64,000 nt of DNA from an uncultured Pseudomonadales bacterium. Lineage in GTDB: Bacteria > Patescibacteriota > Microgenomatia > UBA1400 > PJMF01. The notes under the pieces were generated by a model that saw only the letters and a list, made by a program, of their open reading frames with translations, was not told where the DNA came from and made no database searches. Every line of letters begins with the position of its first letter. Within the stretch, counting starts at the first letter, position 1. The position numbers were made by a program, and so were the translations under genes. Below, piece by piece: positions 48,671 through 58,284 of the stretch. The stretch lies in contig CAYVXV010000002.1 of NCBI GenBank assembly GCA_964455555.1, forward strand, positions 67,677 through 131,676, given 5' to 3'.

Positions 48671-49677
48671 ACAACCTAGATATTCCTTCATCTCCCACCT
48701 TAAGCCCGGAAGAGGAGGTATTATTTACCTCACTTAGGGCCAGTGATTGGGCAGAATTTTTTGGCCAAAATCAAATAAAGAAATCACTTCAAATTGCTAT
48801 ACAGGCAGCGCTGCAACGAAGTGAGTCTATGGATCATGCTTTGCTCTATGGCCCTCCGGGATTGGGAAAAACAACCCTTACTCATCTGATTGCCAAAGAA
48901 CTAGGAGTAAATATCCGAGTTACATCGGGCACTGCTCTGACCAAAACCGGCGACCTAGCCGCTATCCTAACCAACCTAGAACCCGGTGATATTTTATTTA
49001 TTGATGAAATTCATCGCCTGCCCAAAAATGTAGAGGAAACCCTTTATCCGGCCATGGAGGATTTTGCCCTGGATATTGTTATCGGTAAGGGTCCGTCTGC
49101 CAGAACCATTCGCTTAGACCTGCCTAAATTTACTTTGATTGGAGCCACCACCCGGTTTGGGTTGCTCGCCGGCCCTTTCCGCGACCGCTTCGGCTTGGTT
49201 CACCGGCTTCAATATTATTCACCGAAAGCCTTGGGCACAATCCTTACCAAAGGTGCTGAAAAACTGTCTATAGATGTCAGCCCTCAGGCTGCAGCCGAGA
49301 TTGCCACCCGTTCACGCGGCACCCCTCGGATTGCCCTTAAACTGCTTAAGCGGGTTCGCGATTATGTTCAGGTAGAAGGTAGAACCCGCATAGAAGAAAA
49401 CGACGTAGAAAATGCTTTGGCCATGTTTGCAATCGATAAAAAAGGCTTAAGTGATTCCGACCGACATTTTCTGATGCAGATTATTGAGAAGCACCGCGGT
49501 GGGCCTGTTGGCATTTCTACGATTGCCGCCACCTTGAATGAGGATTCTCTTACTATAGAAGAGGTTTTTGAGCCATATCTGCTGCAGCTTGGTTTAATCC
49601 GCCGCACCCCTCAGGGAAGAATAATTACAAAAGCAGGCTACGAACACGTTGGTGTCAAATATCCAGAGCAAAAATAA
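48667..49677 (+). CDS. ruvB: Holliday junction ATP-dependent DNA helicase RuvB
   Basis: Walker A (...LLYGPPGLGKTTLTHLIA...), Walker B (...ILFIDEIHRL...) and sensor motifs. Confidence 0.9.
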   Translation: MNNLDIPSSPTLSPEEEVLFTSLRASDWAEFFGQNQIKKSLQIAIQAALQRSESMDHALLYGPPGLGKTTLTHLIAKELGVNIRVTSGTALTKTGDLAAILTNLEPGDILFIDEIHRLPKNVEETLYPAMEDFALDIVIGKGPSARTIRLDLPKFTLIGATTRFGLLAGPFRDRFGLVHRLQYYSPKALGTILTKGAEKLSIDVSPQAAAEIATRSRGTPRIALKLLKRVRDYVQVEGRTRIEENDVENALAMFAIDKKGLSDSDRHFLMQIIEKHRGGPVGISTIAATLNEDSLTIEEVFEPYLLQLGLIRRTPQGRIITKAGYEHVGVKYPEQK

Positions 49678-49730
49678 TTATCATTTCTTCGCGGCTAACC
49701 TGCTGGCAGCTCCTGTTTTAAGTTAAGTTC

Positions 49731-49739
49731 TGTTACAAT
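49731..49739 (+). promoter_or_regulatory. Extended -10 TGtTACAAT, 6 nt upstream of ATG 49746 (leaderless-type promoter)
   Basis: TGTTACAAT-gttttt-ATG; no Shine-Dalgarno sequence. Confidence 0.4.
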
Positions 49740-49745
49740 GTTTTT

Positions 49746-50357
49746 ATGACTGAAACTTCGCTCACCGGCCGCCGCTCTCTGCCAGAAAAAATTGTTAATC
49801 GTCTAAGTACTATCTGGCTGGAGTTCGTCACTGGCATCTTGTGGTGGTGTGTAGGATTTATACCACTTCATATTCTTAGAAGGTTTTTTTACCGACTGGC
49901 CGGCTTAACCTTCGGCAAAGGCAGCACAATTCACATGATGGCCAGGATTTATGATCCCCGAAATATCATCATCGGCAACGACACCATCATTGGCGAACGG
50001 GCTTCGCTTGATGGCCGTAAACAATTGAAAAACTCACAGGGAGGCCTTTATATCGGCAATCATGTTGACATTGCCTCAGAAGTTATGATTTGGACCAGCG
50101 AACATGACTTGTCAGATCCGGATATGAGGCCGATTGAAGAAAAAGTAATAATTGAAGACTATGTCTTTATTGGGCCGAGAGCAATTATCCTGCCTGGGGT
50201 TACTGTGGGAAGGGGAGCTGTTGTTGCTGCAGGAGCTGTAGTTACCAAAGATGTTGAGCCATTTACTATAGTGGGAGGAGTGCCAGCTGAAGAAATCGGC
50301 AAACGCAAAAATACCAACCCAACTTACACTTTAGGCAGGGCCCGCTTATTTCAATAG
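49746..50357 (+). CDS. Hexapeptide-repeat sugar O-acetyltransferase (WcaF-like) with an N-terminal TM segment
   Basis: ...IGNDTIIGERASLDG...IGNHVDIASEVMIW...IGPRAIILPGVTVGRGAVVAAGAVVTKDV... are LbH repeats. Confidence 0.7.
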   Translation: MTETSLTGRRSLPEKIVNRLSTIWLEFVTGILWWCVGFIPLHILRRFFYRLAGLTFGKGSTIHMMARIYDPRNIIIGNDTIIGERASLDGRKQLKNSQGGLYIGNHVDIASEVMIWTSEHDLSDPDMRPIEEKVIIEDYVFIGPRAIILPGVTVGRGAVVAAGAVVTKDVEPFTIVGGVPAEEIGKRKNTNPTYTLGRARLFQ

Positions 50358-50364
50358 GATTGTT

Positions 50365-51387
50365 ATGAAGAAAAAAGACACCCTTCTTTCGATAATTATT
50401 ATTTCCTACAGCACTGCAGATTTAACTATTCAAACCCTCGAATCGGTTGTCAGGGATCTGAATCGCTCAATGTTTCTTCATTCTGCCGCTGAAATCATTG
50501 TAATAGACAACAATTCTAAAGATGATTCCGTTAAGAAACTTAAAAGCTTTTCGAAAAATAATTCCGGTCTAAGTTTTAAATTAATTGAGAATTCAAAAAA
50601 CAATGGTTTTGCAGCTGCCAATAATCAGGGAATTGCAAAAGCTAAGGGCAAGTACCTGCTTTTGCTCAACTCGGATACCTTGGTTCAAGCCGGTGCTCTT
50701 GAAAGGATGGTCATGAGCTTTGAGGTCCTGGAGCCTGATCACGCAGCAAGCGTCCTAAACGCCTCAACCAAAAAACTAGACAAGCTCGGTATTTTGGCAG
50801 CCACACTTTTGAACTGGGATGGCTCATACCAACCCCAAGGTGGCAGCAGACCTTCGCTAATAAGTTTGGCTTGCCACATGTTCTTTTTTGACGACATCCC
50901 ACTGCTTGGCAGGTTATTGCCCTCAACTCAACATACCGGCAATAATTCAAGAAATTTCAGTCTGAACGCATACGAAGAAAACCAGCCGCTTAGGCCCAAG
51001 GCTTGGGTTGGTGGAACCGCCATGATGATTAGAAGGGCAGTAATAGATGAGATCGGAGATCTTGATGCCAACCTCTTTATGTACGGGGAGGACATGGAGT
51101 TCTGCCTTCGGGCCCGCAAGCATCACTGGGATATTGCTGAACACCCCACGGCCAGAGTCACCCACTTTCGAAATGCCAGCTCAAGCCGGGAAAAAGCCTT
51201 GATAGGAGAATTTAAAGGCTATTACTACATTTGGGCCAAGCACAAACCTCACTGGGAACAGCCATTTTTAAGGTTTATTTTGCAAATGGGCGCTCTCCTT
51301 AGAATGGTCTTTTTTGATACAATCAGGAAGGACAAAGACAAGGCTGCAGCTTACCGCTTGGCATTTAATGAAGTACCAAAGAAATAG
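50365..51387 (+). CDS. GT2 family glycosyltransferase
   Basis: ...LSIIIISYSTADLT...IVIDNNSKDDS...FAAANNQG...LLLNSDT... match GT2 motifs. Confidence 0.75.
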   Translation: MKKKDTLLSIIIISYSTADLTIQTLESVVRDLNRSMFLHSAAEIIVIDNNSKDDSVKKLKSFSKNNSGLSFKLIENSKNNGFAAANNQGIAKAKGKYLLLLNSDTLVQAGALERMVMSFEVLEPDHAASVLNASTKKLDKLGILAATLLNWDGSYQPQGGSRPSLISLACHMFFFDDIPLLGRLLPSTQHTGNNSRNFSLNAYEENQPLRPKAWVGGTAMMIRRAVIDEIGDLDANLFMYGEDMEFCLRARKHHWDIAEHPTARVTHFRNASSSREKALIGEFKGYYYIWAKHKPHWEQPFLRFILQMGALLRMVFFDTIRKDKDKAAAYRLAFNEVPKK

Positions 51388-51389
51388 TT

Positions 51390-53102
51390 ATGAGAAAAAA
51401 GACACAAAGCTGGATGAGCTGGCTGGACAATAATATATTACTGATTATCGGCGGCTTTCTTTTAGCCTTCATTCCTCTTTATCCAAAACTGCCTCTCTTT
51501 GAAGCTATCCCTGGTTACATTGTGCGGGTCAGAATTGAGGATGTACTGATTCTCTTTGCCTCATTCATCTGGTTTATTCAGGTGCTCAGAAAAAAAGTCT
51601 CCTGGAAGACTCCTCTTACTCCGGTAATCTTAGCCTATGCCGCAGTCGGCCTGCTCTCTACTATTTCTGCAGTCTTAGTTACCAAAACAGTACCCCTAAG
51701 CCCGCTTCATATCGGCAAGTCCCTGCTGCATTATTTCCGCTACCTGGAGTATTTTTCGCTCTTCTTTATCCTATCAGCAGCTGTCCGGAGAAAACGTGAC
51801 CTGAAAATCCTCCTTGTGGTAATCACTGTTACTTTGGTGAGTGTTGGCCTTTATGGCTATGGACAAAAATATTTCTACTGGCCGGTGTACTCAACCATGA
51901 ACCGAGAGTTCAGTAAGGGCATCCGCCTTTACCTAACAGAGCATGCCAGGGTTCAATCCACCTTTGGCGGCCATTATGACCTGGCAGCATACTTGGTAGT
52001 AATTTTGCCATTTTTACTATCGCTGGTTTACAGTATCAAAAACCGGAAACTGAGTTTCGCCACCTTCTTAGCCTTTTTTATTGGACTTTGGCTTTTAATC
52101 ACCAGTGCATCCAGAGCTTCGTTCGCTGCCTTTTTGGGCGGGGCAGTTGCAGTCGTTTTATTTTTTGCCTGGCAGAAAAGCAACCTAAAGAAAAAAATTT
52201 GGTATGCATTTTCAAGAATATTAGGCATTTTACTGCTCACATTTGTCATGTTAATTGCTTTTGGCGACGACATGTATGAGCGGTTGCTGCAAAGCCTTGA
52301 AGGCTACCCTGAGGTTCACAGCGCCTACATAGAGGTTGAAGATGTGGTCGAACAAATAGTCTACGATTATGTTCCTGCAGTTATTGATCTGCTCAGCTTT
52401 AAACCTGAAAAACCTGCCAATTCTCTCTCTACCGAAGAAGCTGAGATTCTGGTTGCCTCTGACCAAAGGCCTTCAGAGGTCAATCCCAAAGACACACCCA
52501 GCGACGTCTACGTAATTGTTCCCGATATTGTAAAAGTAGCTACAAAATCTGCAACTGGAGAGATAGAAATTGTTGAGGTAGAAACTGAACGGGTCTACTC
52601 GGAGAACGCCCTACGCTATGGACTTTCCTTGGCGATCAGACTGGATGAGCTCTGGCCAAAAGCCATTCAAGGTTTCATGCGCAATCCTCTTCTGGGCAGC
52701 GGCTACGCCACCCTCACAAAAGATACCGCCGGGCACTTTACAGAAGCCGAAAGCACTGACAACAACTACTTGAGGGTTTTGGGTGAAACCGGCCTGCTTG
52801 GATTTATTACCTTTTACGGCACAATTGCTTTTGCAATGTATTGGGCTTGGCTTCTCAATAAAAAATACTTCAAAAAGAACGCCTTATATAGTGCACTTGC
52901 AATAGGCTATTTGGGGGCTAGTATTGGGCTGCTTCTAAACGCCGTCTACATTGATGTTTATGCTTCGTCAAAGGTTGCGCTGGTTTATTGGGCTCTTACC
53001 GGAATTCTAATGGCCATAGCAATGACAGAGCTGCCAGAGTCAAAAAAAATGACAGACAATTTGAGTTTGCAGAATATTAAAAAATGGCTGCTGAAAAAAT
53101 GA
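51390..53102 (+). CDS. O-antigen ligase/polymerase-family (Wzy_C domain) polytopic membrane protein with a long C-terminal extension
   Basis: ...LITSASRASFAAFLGG... resembles the conserved SRG/SRAS loop of the O-antigen ligase family. About 10 TM helices plus a soluble acidic segment and two further TM helices. Confidence 0.5.
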   Translation: MRKKTQSWMSWLDNNILLIIGGFLLAFIPLYPKLPLFEAIPGYIVRVRIEDVLILFASFIWFIQVLRKKVSWKTPLTPVILAYAAVGLLSTISAVLVTKTVPLSPLHIGKSLLHYFRYLEYFSLFFILSAAVRRKRDLKILLVVITVTLVSVGLYGYGQKYFYWPVYSTMNREFSKGIRLYLTEHARVQSTFGGHYDLAAYLVVILPFLLSLVYSIKNRKLSFATFLAFFIGLWLLITSASRASFAAFLGGAVAVVLFFAWQKSNLKKKIWYAFSRILGILLLTFVMLIAFGDDMYERLLQSLEGYPEVHSAYIEVEDVVEQIVYDYVPAVIDLLSFKPEKPANSLSTEEAEILVASDQRPSEVNPKDTPSDVYVIVPDIVKVATKSATGEIEIVEVETERVYSENALRYGLSLAIRLDELWPKAIQGFMRNPLLGSGYATLTKDTAGHFTEAESTDNNYLRVLGETGLLGFITFYGTIAFAMYWAWLLNKKYFKKNALYSALAIGYLGASIGLLLNAVYIDVYASSKVALVYWALTGILMAIAMTELPESKKMTDNLSLQNIKKWLLKK

Positions 53103-54568
53103 AAAAGGTTTTCTTTAAGCACGGCTTGCTTTTGATTATTATCTTCGCCGCACTTGCGGTGCGGCTGTACCGCGTACATTATCCGCTTTTGGACTGGCAT
53201 AGTTGGAGGCAAGCCGACACGGCCTCGGTAACACAAAACTATCTGAATTACGGCATCGATCTGCTTAGGCCCACCTATCACGACCTGTCAAATATTCCCA
53301 ACGGTCTTGAAAACCCCGAGGGCTACCGGATGGTTGAGTTTCCGATTATTAATGCCGGCATTGCCAGTTTGATCAAAATATTACCAGCCCTGCCTTTAGT
53401 GCCAACCAGCCGAGTAGTTTCAATTCTCTTTTCCTTGGGAACTCTGGTATCTTTGTTTTTTCTTGTAAAAGATCTTTCCGGCAAGAAAGTGGCTTATATT
53501 ACAGCTGCTGTTTTTGCCTTTCTGCCTTATTCTGTCTACTACTCCCGAGTAATACTCCCCGAACCGCAGGTGCTTTGCTTCTCTGTATTCTCACTGATGG
53601 CTTTTAACAATTGGCTCAAGCACAAAAGAGCGAGTTGGTATATTTTATCGGTTATTAGCCTGGCTTTGGCATTTTTATTAAAGCCTTTTGTCGGTTTCTT
53701 TGCCCCGGCTTATCTGGCATTATCATGGTTTGCCTTTAAAAAGAAACTTTTCCTAAACCCATGGCTATATCTCTACAGCCTTCTAGCTGTAGCCCCATTT
53801 TTTGCTTGGAGAAACTGGATTACTCAGTTCCCTGAGGGCATCCCTTCCTCTGACTGGCTCTTTAACGGCAACGGCATCAGACTGCGGCCTGCTTGGTTTA
53901 GATGGCTGGGTTATGAACGCCTGACCAAACTAATGCTAGGGTTTACCGGCCTTGTTTTCATTCCCTTTGCTTTTGCCAAAGTGTCTAAAGATACCATTTT
54001 TTATATGGCTTGGTGGATCGGTGCCGCAGCATATTTGGTGGTTATAGCGACAGGCAACGTACAGCATGATTATTATCAGGCTCTGCTTATACCAATTCTT
54101 TCAGCTACAGTTGGAAAAGGGGTAGTGGCACTTTACCAGCAGGCTAAAAGTCTTTGGGAAAAAAAGTTTCCCCACCTGCGGCTCTATGGGCACTTGGCTT
54201 CATTCGCTCTGGTAAGCCTTCTTTTTATTCTGATGCTTTTTTTCAGTTGGCAGAACGTAAAAGGTAACTTTAATGTGAACAACTGGGAATACTACAGGGC
54301 AGGGCAAGTTGTTCAGGATAAAACACCTGAAGATGCATTGGTTATAGCCCCACAAATGGGTGATACGGCTTTTTTGTTCCAAACCAACAGAAAAGGCTGG
54401 CCGATAGGCGGAGGTATTGATGAAAAAATCCGCTTTGGAGCAACTCATTACGTCAGTGCCAGCTTTGATAAGGAGGCTCAGGAGCTTTCAGAAAAATATT
54501 TTGTAATTGAGAAAACAGAAGAGTACGTCCTCATTGACCTCACTACTCGTAGAGAGGCGCAACCATGA
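53099..54568 (+). CDS. GT-C fold membrane glycosyltransferase, GT39/GT83-like
   Basis: ...LLDWHSWRQADTASV... after TM1 is the conserved acidic loop. Polytopic. Start MKKVFFKH at 53099 (ATGA overlap with the upstream stop). Confidence 0.65.
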   Translation: MKKVFFKHGLLLIIIFAALAVRLYRVHYPLLDWHSWRQADTASVTQNYLNYGIDLLRPTYHDLSNIPNGLENPEGYRMVEFPIINAGIASLIKILPALPLVPTSRVVSILFSLGTLVSLFFLVKDLSGKKVAYITAAVFAFLPYSVYYSRVILPEPQVLCFSVFSLMAFNNWLKHKRASWYILSVISLALAFLLKPFVGFFAPAYLALSWFAFKKKLFLNPWLYLYSLLAVAPFFAWRNWITQFPEGIPSSDWLFNGNGIRLRPAWFRWLGYERLTKLMLGFTGLVFIPFAFAKVSKDTIFYMAWWIGAAAYLVVIATGNVQHDYYQALLIPILSATVGKGVVALYQQAKSLWEKKFPHLRLYGHLASFALVSLLFILMLFFSWQNVKGNFNVNNWEYYRAGQVVQDKTPEDALVIAPQMGDTAFLFQTNRKGWPIGGGIDEKIRFGATHYVSASFDKEAQELSEKYFVIEKTEEYVLIDLTTRREAQP

Positions 54569-55755
54569 AAGTTTTAATGCTGGCTCCTTATCTGCCTTAC
54601 CCCTTGTTGTCTGGCGGCCAAATACGCACCTACAACCTGCTTAAACAGCTTTCAAAAAACCACGAAATTACCTTATTTGCGCTTATTAAGCATGAGGAGG
54701 AGAAAGAGCATATAGCCGAGCTGGAAAAATACTGCACGAAGGTTCGCGTCTTTAAGCGGACCAGCAAGCCTTTTACCTTGGGCAATATTTTTAAAACTGC
54801 ATTTTCCAGATATCCCTTTCTGGTTATCCGCAATTATGTCCCAGAGGCTGTAAAAGCAATTAAGGAAGAACTTGCTTCAAAGCAATACGACCTAATCCAC
54901 GCGGAAACCTTTTACATGATGCCTCACATACCTGAGTCTTCCGTGCCGGTAATTTTGGTAGAACAAACAATAGAATATTTGGGCTATGAAAGTTTTGCAG
55001 AAAAAGCACTTTTCTTTCTAAAACCTTTTCTCAGATATGATATTGAGAAGATCAAGCGCTGGGAGCGCCACTACTGGAACCGCTGCCATACACTTATAGT
55101 CATGAGTCAAGAGGACAAGCGCTACCTGTCCAAACACGTTAAGAATCCGGGAAAAATTGAGGTTGTTGAAAACGGAGTTGACACCGATTGGTTTGATGAA
55201 AAAAGCCGCAATGAACCATCTGTGCCAACCTTGTTATCTGTCGGAACATTTAAGTGGCTTCCCAATGTAGAGGCTGTTGATTTCCTGGTCCAAAAAGTAT
55301 GGCCATTAGTTAAGGAAGCTTTGCCGGATGCCAAGCTACACATTGTAGGCAATGCACCTAGAAAAAGAGTGCTGGATTATCAAAAAGAGGATCCAAGCAT
55401 ACAAGTTCATGGAAGAGTAGAAGATATCAGGGATTCTTTCAACCAGGCGCATGTGCTGATAGCGCCGGTCTTCAGCGGCAAAGGCACACGCTACAAAATT
55501 CTGGAAGCAATGGCTTCGGGCACACCGATAGTCGCCACTAATATCGCGGTTGAGGGTGTAGGCGTAACTCAAAACAAACATGTGCTCATCAGTGATGAAG
55601 CCAAAGGGATGGCTGAGGCAGCAATAAAACTGATCAATAACCCAGAGAAACGCCTGGAGCTGGCTAATAATGGCCGGAAATTCATCCGCGAAAAATACGA
55701 CTGGTCACTTATCTCAAAAAAACTTGATACAATTTATCAGAATATCAACAACTAA
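54565..55755 (+). CDS. GT4 family glycosyltransferase
   Basis: ...MKVLMLAPYLPYPLLSGGQIRTYNL...; C-terminal ...IAPVFSGKGTRYKILEAMASGTPIVATN... Confidence 0.8.
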   Translation: MKVLMLAPYLPYPLLSGGQIRTYNLLKQLSKNHEITLFALIKHEEEKEHIAELEKYCTKVRVFKRTSKPFTLGNIFKTAFSRYPFLVIRNYVPEAVKAIKEELASKQYDLIHAETFYMMPHIPESSVPVILVEQTIEYLGYESFAEKALFFLKPFLRYDIEKIKRWERHYWNRCHTLIVMSQEDKRYLSKHVKNPGKIEVVENGVDTDWFDEKSRNEPSVPTLLSVGTFKWLPNVEAVDFLVQKVWPLVKEALPDAKLHIVGNAPRKRVLDYQKEDPSIQVHGRVEDIRDSFNQAHVLIAPVFSGKGTRYKILEAMASGTPIVATNIAVEGVGVTQNKHVLISDEAKGMAEAAIKLINNPEKRLELANNGRKFIREKYDWSLISKKLDTIYQNINN

Positions 55756-55756
55756 T

Positions 55757-56632
55757 ATGGCAAACAAACACGATCTTGAAATTATCATCACAACCTTTAA
55801 CAGTGAGTTTTGGCTGAAAAAAACTCTAACTACTTTAAAGGATTATTACTTAGACCATGCAAAATATGATGTCTCCGTCACAGTGGTAGACAATAATTCA
55901 GAGGACAACACGCTGTCCATGCTTAAAAAGGAGTATAAGTGGGTTAAGCTCATCGAGTTGGATGAGAATTTTGGCTTTGCTTTTGCCAACAACCGGGCGA
56001 TAGAAAGTTCCAAAGCGCGATACGTAATGTTGTTAAATTCAGATGTGGAATTTACAAACAGATCACGACTAGATGTTTTAATTGATTTTATGGACAAAAA
56101 CCCAAAGGCCGGAATTATCTCACCACGGGTTGAATTCACAGATGGCACTATCGACCCCGCCTGCCATCGGGGCGAACCAACTCTCTGGGCTTCCCTAACT
56201 TACTTCTCCAATTTGGAGTACTGGTTCCCAGAAAGCACATTGTTCGGCCGATATCACCAATATTATAAGGACCTAAAAGCAGTCCATTCCATAGATGCAG
56301 TGTCAGGAGCTGCACTGATTGCCAGAAAATCTGCTGTTGATGAGATTGGTCTATTAGATGAGCAGTTTTTTATGTATGCCGAAGACCTTGATTGGTGCAA
56401 ACGCTTCCGCGAAAGCGGATACGAAGTTATCTATCACCCGGAAGCTGTTGTCATCCATCATAAAAATAAATCTGGCATTAAAAGCACCTCACAGCAAATA
56501 GCAAAAAAGACCAGGAAACATTTCTATAACACCATGCTACAATACTATGACAAACACTATAAGAATAAGTATCCTCAATTCATGAGGAACCTGGTGCGTT
56601 ATTTATTAGTAATTAAAAAAGGAGCATTATAA
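55757..56632 (+). CDS. GT2 family glycosyltransferase
   Basis: ...LEIIITTFNSEFWL...VTVVDNNSEDNT...FAFANNRA...LLNSDVE... Start MANKHD at 55757, just after the upstream stop. Confidence 0.75.
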   Translation: MANKHDLEIIITTFNSEFWLKKTLTTLKDYYLDHAKYDVSVTVVDNNSEDNTLSMLKKEYKWVKLIELDENFGFAFANNRAIESSKARYVMLLNSDVEFTNRSRLDVLIDFMDKNPKAGIISPRVEFTDGTIDPACHRGEPTLWASLTYFSNLEYWFPESTLFGRYHQYYKDLKAVHSIDAVSGAALIARKSAVDEIGLLDEQFFMYAEDLDWCKRFRESGYEVIYHPEAVVIHHKNKSGIKSTSQQIAKKTRKHFYNTMLQYYDKHYKNKYPQFMRNLVRYLLVIKKGAL

Positions 56633-57102
56633 TGCATTCCCAAACCCACTTTGAAATTGAACAGCTGCGGATGAGAAATCTCGTTGACGGCGTGATGAGC
56701 ATCCTAGGCATCCTAGCGGCATTGCTGGTCGTAATCTTGCTGCCGTCACTTTTAGTTCGCTACGTTATTCCGCAAGAACAGCTTTTGACCGAACCCTTGA
56801 TCCTTGAACTAATTCCTGTTGTAGGTTTTGTATTATCCTTTGGCTACTTCCTTTATGCAGCTGTCAGATCATTCCAAAGAGCTGCCAGAGCAAGGGCTCT
56901 AGAAGCCAGTTTGGCTGGATATGGGGAAATGGTAAATGATTCTGAAATGATCAGCGAAGCTGAGCTGGCAGAACTGGAAGGCATTGTCGAAGAAGCACTT
57001 AAATCCAAATCTGCTAAAACAACCAGAAAAGCTGCAAGCGCAAAAAAAAGCACCAGAAAAACTCCGGCTAAAAGAACTGCCAGAGCTAGAAAAAGCAAAT
57101 AG
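56632..57102 (+). CDS. Small membrane protein (2 TM helices) with a Lys/Ala/Thr/Arg-rich, histone H1-like basic C-terminal tail
   Basis: TAATG overlap with the upstream gene. The tail reads ...KSKSAKTTRKAASAKKSTRKTPAKRTARARKSK. Last gene before a strong terminator. Confidence 0.5.
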   Translation: MHSQTHFEIEQLRMRNLVDGVMSILGILAALLVVILLPSLLVRYVIPQEQLLTEPLILELIPVVGFVLSFGYFLYAAVRSFQRAARARALEASLAGYGEMVNDSEMISEAELAELEGIVEEALKSKSAKTTRKAASAKKSTRKTPAKRTARARKSK

Positions 57103-57132
57103 TTTAATAAAAACTAAATAGCAATTTAACTT

Positions 57133-57170
57133 ACAGCCAGAGCTTCCCGCTCTGGCTGTAATGGTTTATT
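57133..57170 (+). terminator. Rho-independent terminator: ACAGCCAGAGC-TTCCC-GCTCTGGCTGT followed by a TTTATTATT tract
   Basis: Perfect 11-bp stem, 5-nt loop and a T-rich tail, read directly. The T-tract overlaps a TATTAT -10-like hexamer 8 nt before ATG 57181. Confidence 0.6.
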
Positions 57171-57180
57171 ATTAGAGAAT

Positions 57181-58281
57181 ATGAAAATCGGCATAGATTG
57201 CCGGCTGGCCGGCACCAAGCACGCTGGCATTGGCCGTTACATTGCAAACCTTCTCCAAGAATTAATCACTGAAAAAAATATCCACTGGGTGCTCTTTTTT
57301 TATGACAATCAACAGGCTGAGTCTGTACTCGGAAACCAACTCAAAGCTACCAACGTTTCCGTAGAGTATGTGCCTGTTAAACACTACACTTTTTCCGAGC
57401 AGATAAAGCTGCCAAAAATTTTTGCAAACAAGGAACTGGACTTGCTTCATGTCCCTCATTTTAATATTCCTGTGTTTTACCAGGGTAGGATGGTTGTAAC
57501 GATTCATGATCTATTGTGGCATCATCACCGTGGATTGCAGGTAACCACTTTGCCCTCCGGTCAATATTGGTTGAAGTACTTTTTTTACCGAACTGTAACC
57601 AGACAAGCAGTATTTAAGGCTGCCAAGGTTTTGGTTCCCGCTAAAGAAATTAAAAAAACTGTTACTCACTACTATCCGCACGCTCAATCGAAGATAGTGG
57701 TGACTACCGAGGGCGTGGAAGAAGTCTTCCTTAGTGCTAAAAGCAGTGTCAAAAGAGCTAAAAACACCTTGCTTTTTGTCGGCTCGCTTTATCCTCATAA
57801 AAATGTCAGGCTTATTATCTTAGCCCTTAAACTGTTGCCTGAGTACAAACTTCAGATTGTTGGCTCAAGATCTATTTTTCAGGAGGAGACAATGGAACTA
57901 ATCAGGGAAGCAGGTATTGCTGACCGGGTAGAATTCCTAGGCTATCTGGCAGACAGAGAACTGGCCAAGGTGTATTCCGCTACTACAGCCTTAGTGCAGC
58001 CGTCTTTTTCGGAAGGATTTGGTTTGACAGGGGTTGAGGCAATGGCGACCGGAACACCCGTTTTGGCTTCTGACATTCCAATATTTAAGGAAATTTATCA
58101 AGATGCCGCCATTTATTTTGACCCCTTCAGTACAAGCTCATTTGTAAAAGCAGTGAGAAAGCTGGAAAAACTAAACTTGCTTCAACACCAGAAAATTCTT
58201 AAAAAGGTGATAGAACCGTACCGCTGGAAATCTACCGCAGCCCAAACCACCGCCGCCTACCGCGAAGCGCTAGAGAAATAG
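57181..58281 (+). CDS. GT4 family glycosyltransferase
   Basis: ...LVQPSFSEGFGLTGVEAMATGTPVLASDIPIFKEI... (EX7E). Confidence 0.8.
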   Translation: MKIGIDCRLAGTKHAGIGRYIANLLQELITEKNIHWVLFFYDNQQAESVLGNQLKATNVSVEYVPVKHYTFSEQIKLPKIFANKELDLLHVPHFNIPVFYQGRMVVTIHDLLWHHHRGLQVTTLPSGQYWLKYFFYRTVTRQAVFKAAKVLVPAKEIKKTVTHYYPHAQSKIVVTTEGVEEVFLSAKSSVKRAKNTLLFVGSLYPHKNVRLIILALKLLPEYKLQIVGSRSIFQEETMELIREAGIADRVEFLGYLADRELAKVYSATTALVQPSFSEGFGLTGVEAMATGTPVLASDIPIFKEIYQDAAIYFDPFSTSSFVKAVRKLEKLNLLQHQKILKKVIEPYRWKSTAAQTTAAYREALEK

Positions 58282-58284
58282 GCC

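Noticed and set aside
49678-49730. Possible terminator hairpin after ruvB (GCTGGCAGC region)
   Set aside because: Only 4-bp complementary arms (GCTG/CAGC) and no proper U-tract. It does not meet even relaxed criteria for an intrinsic terminator.
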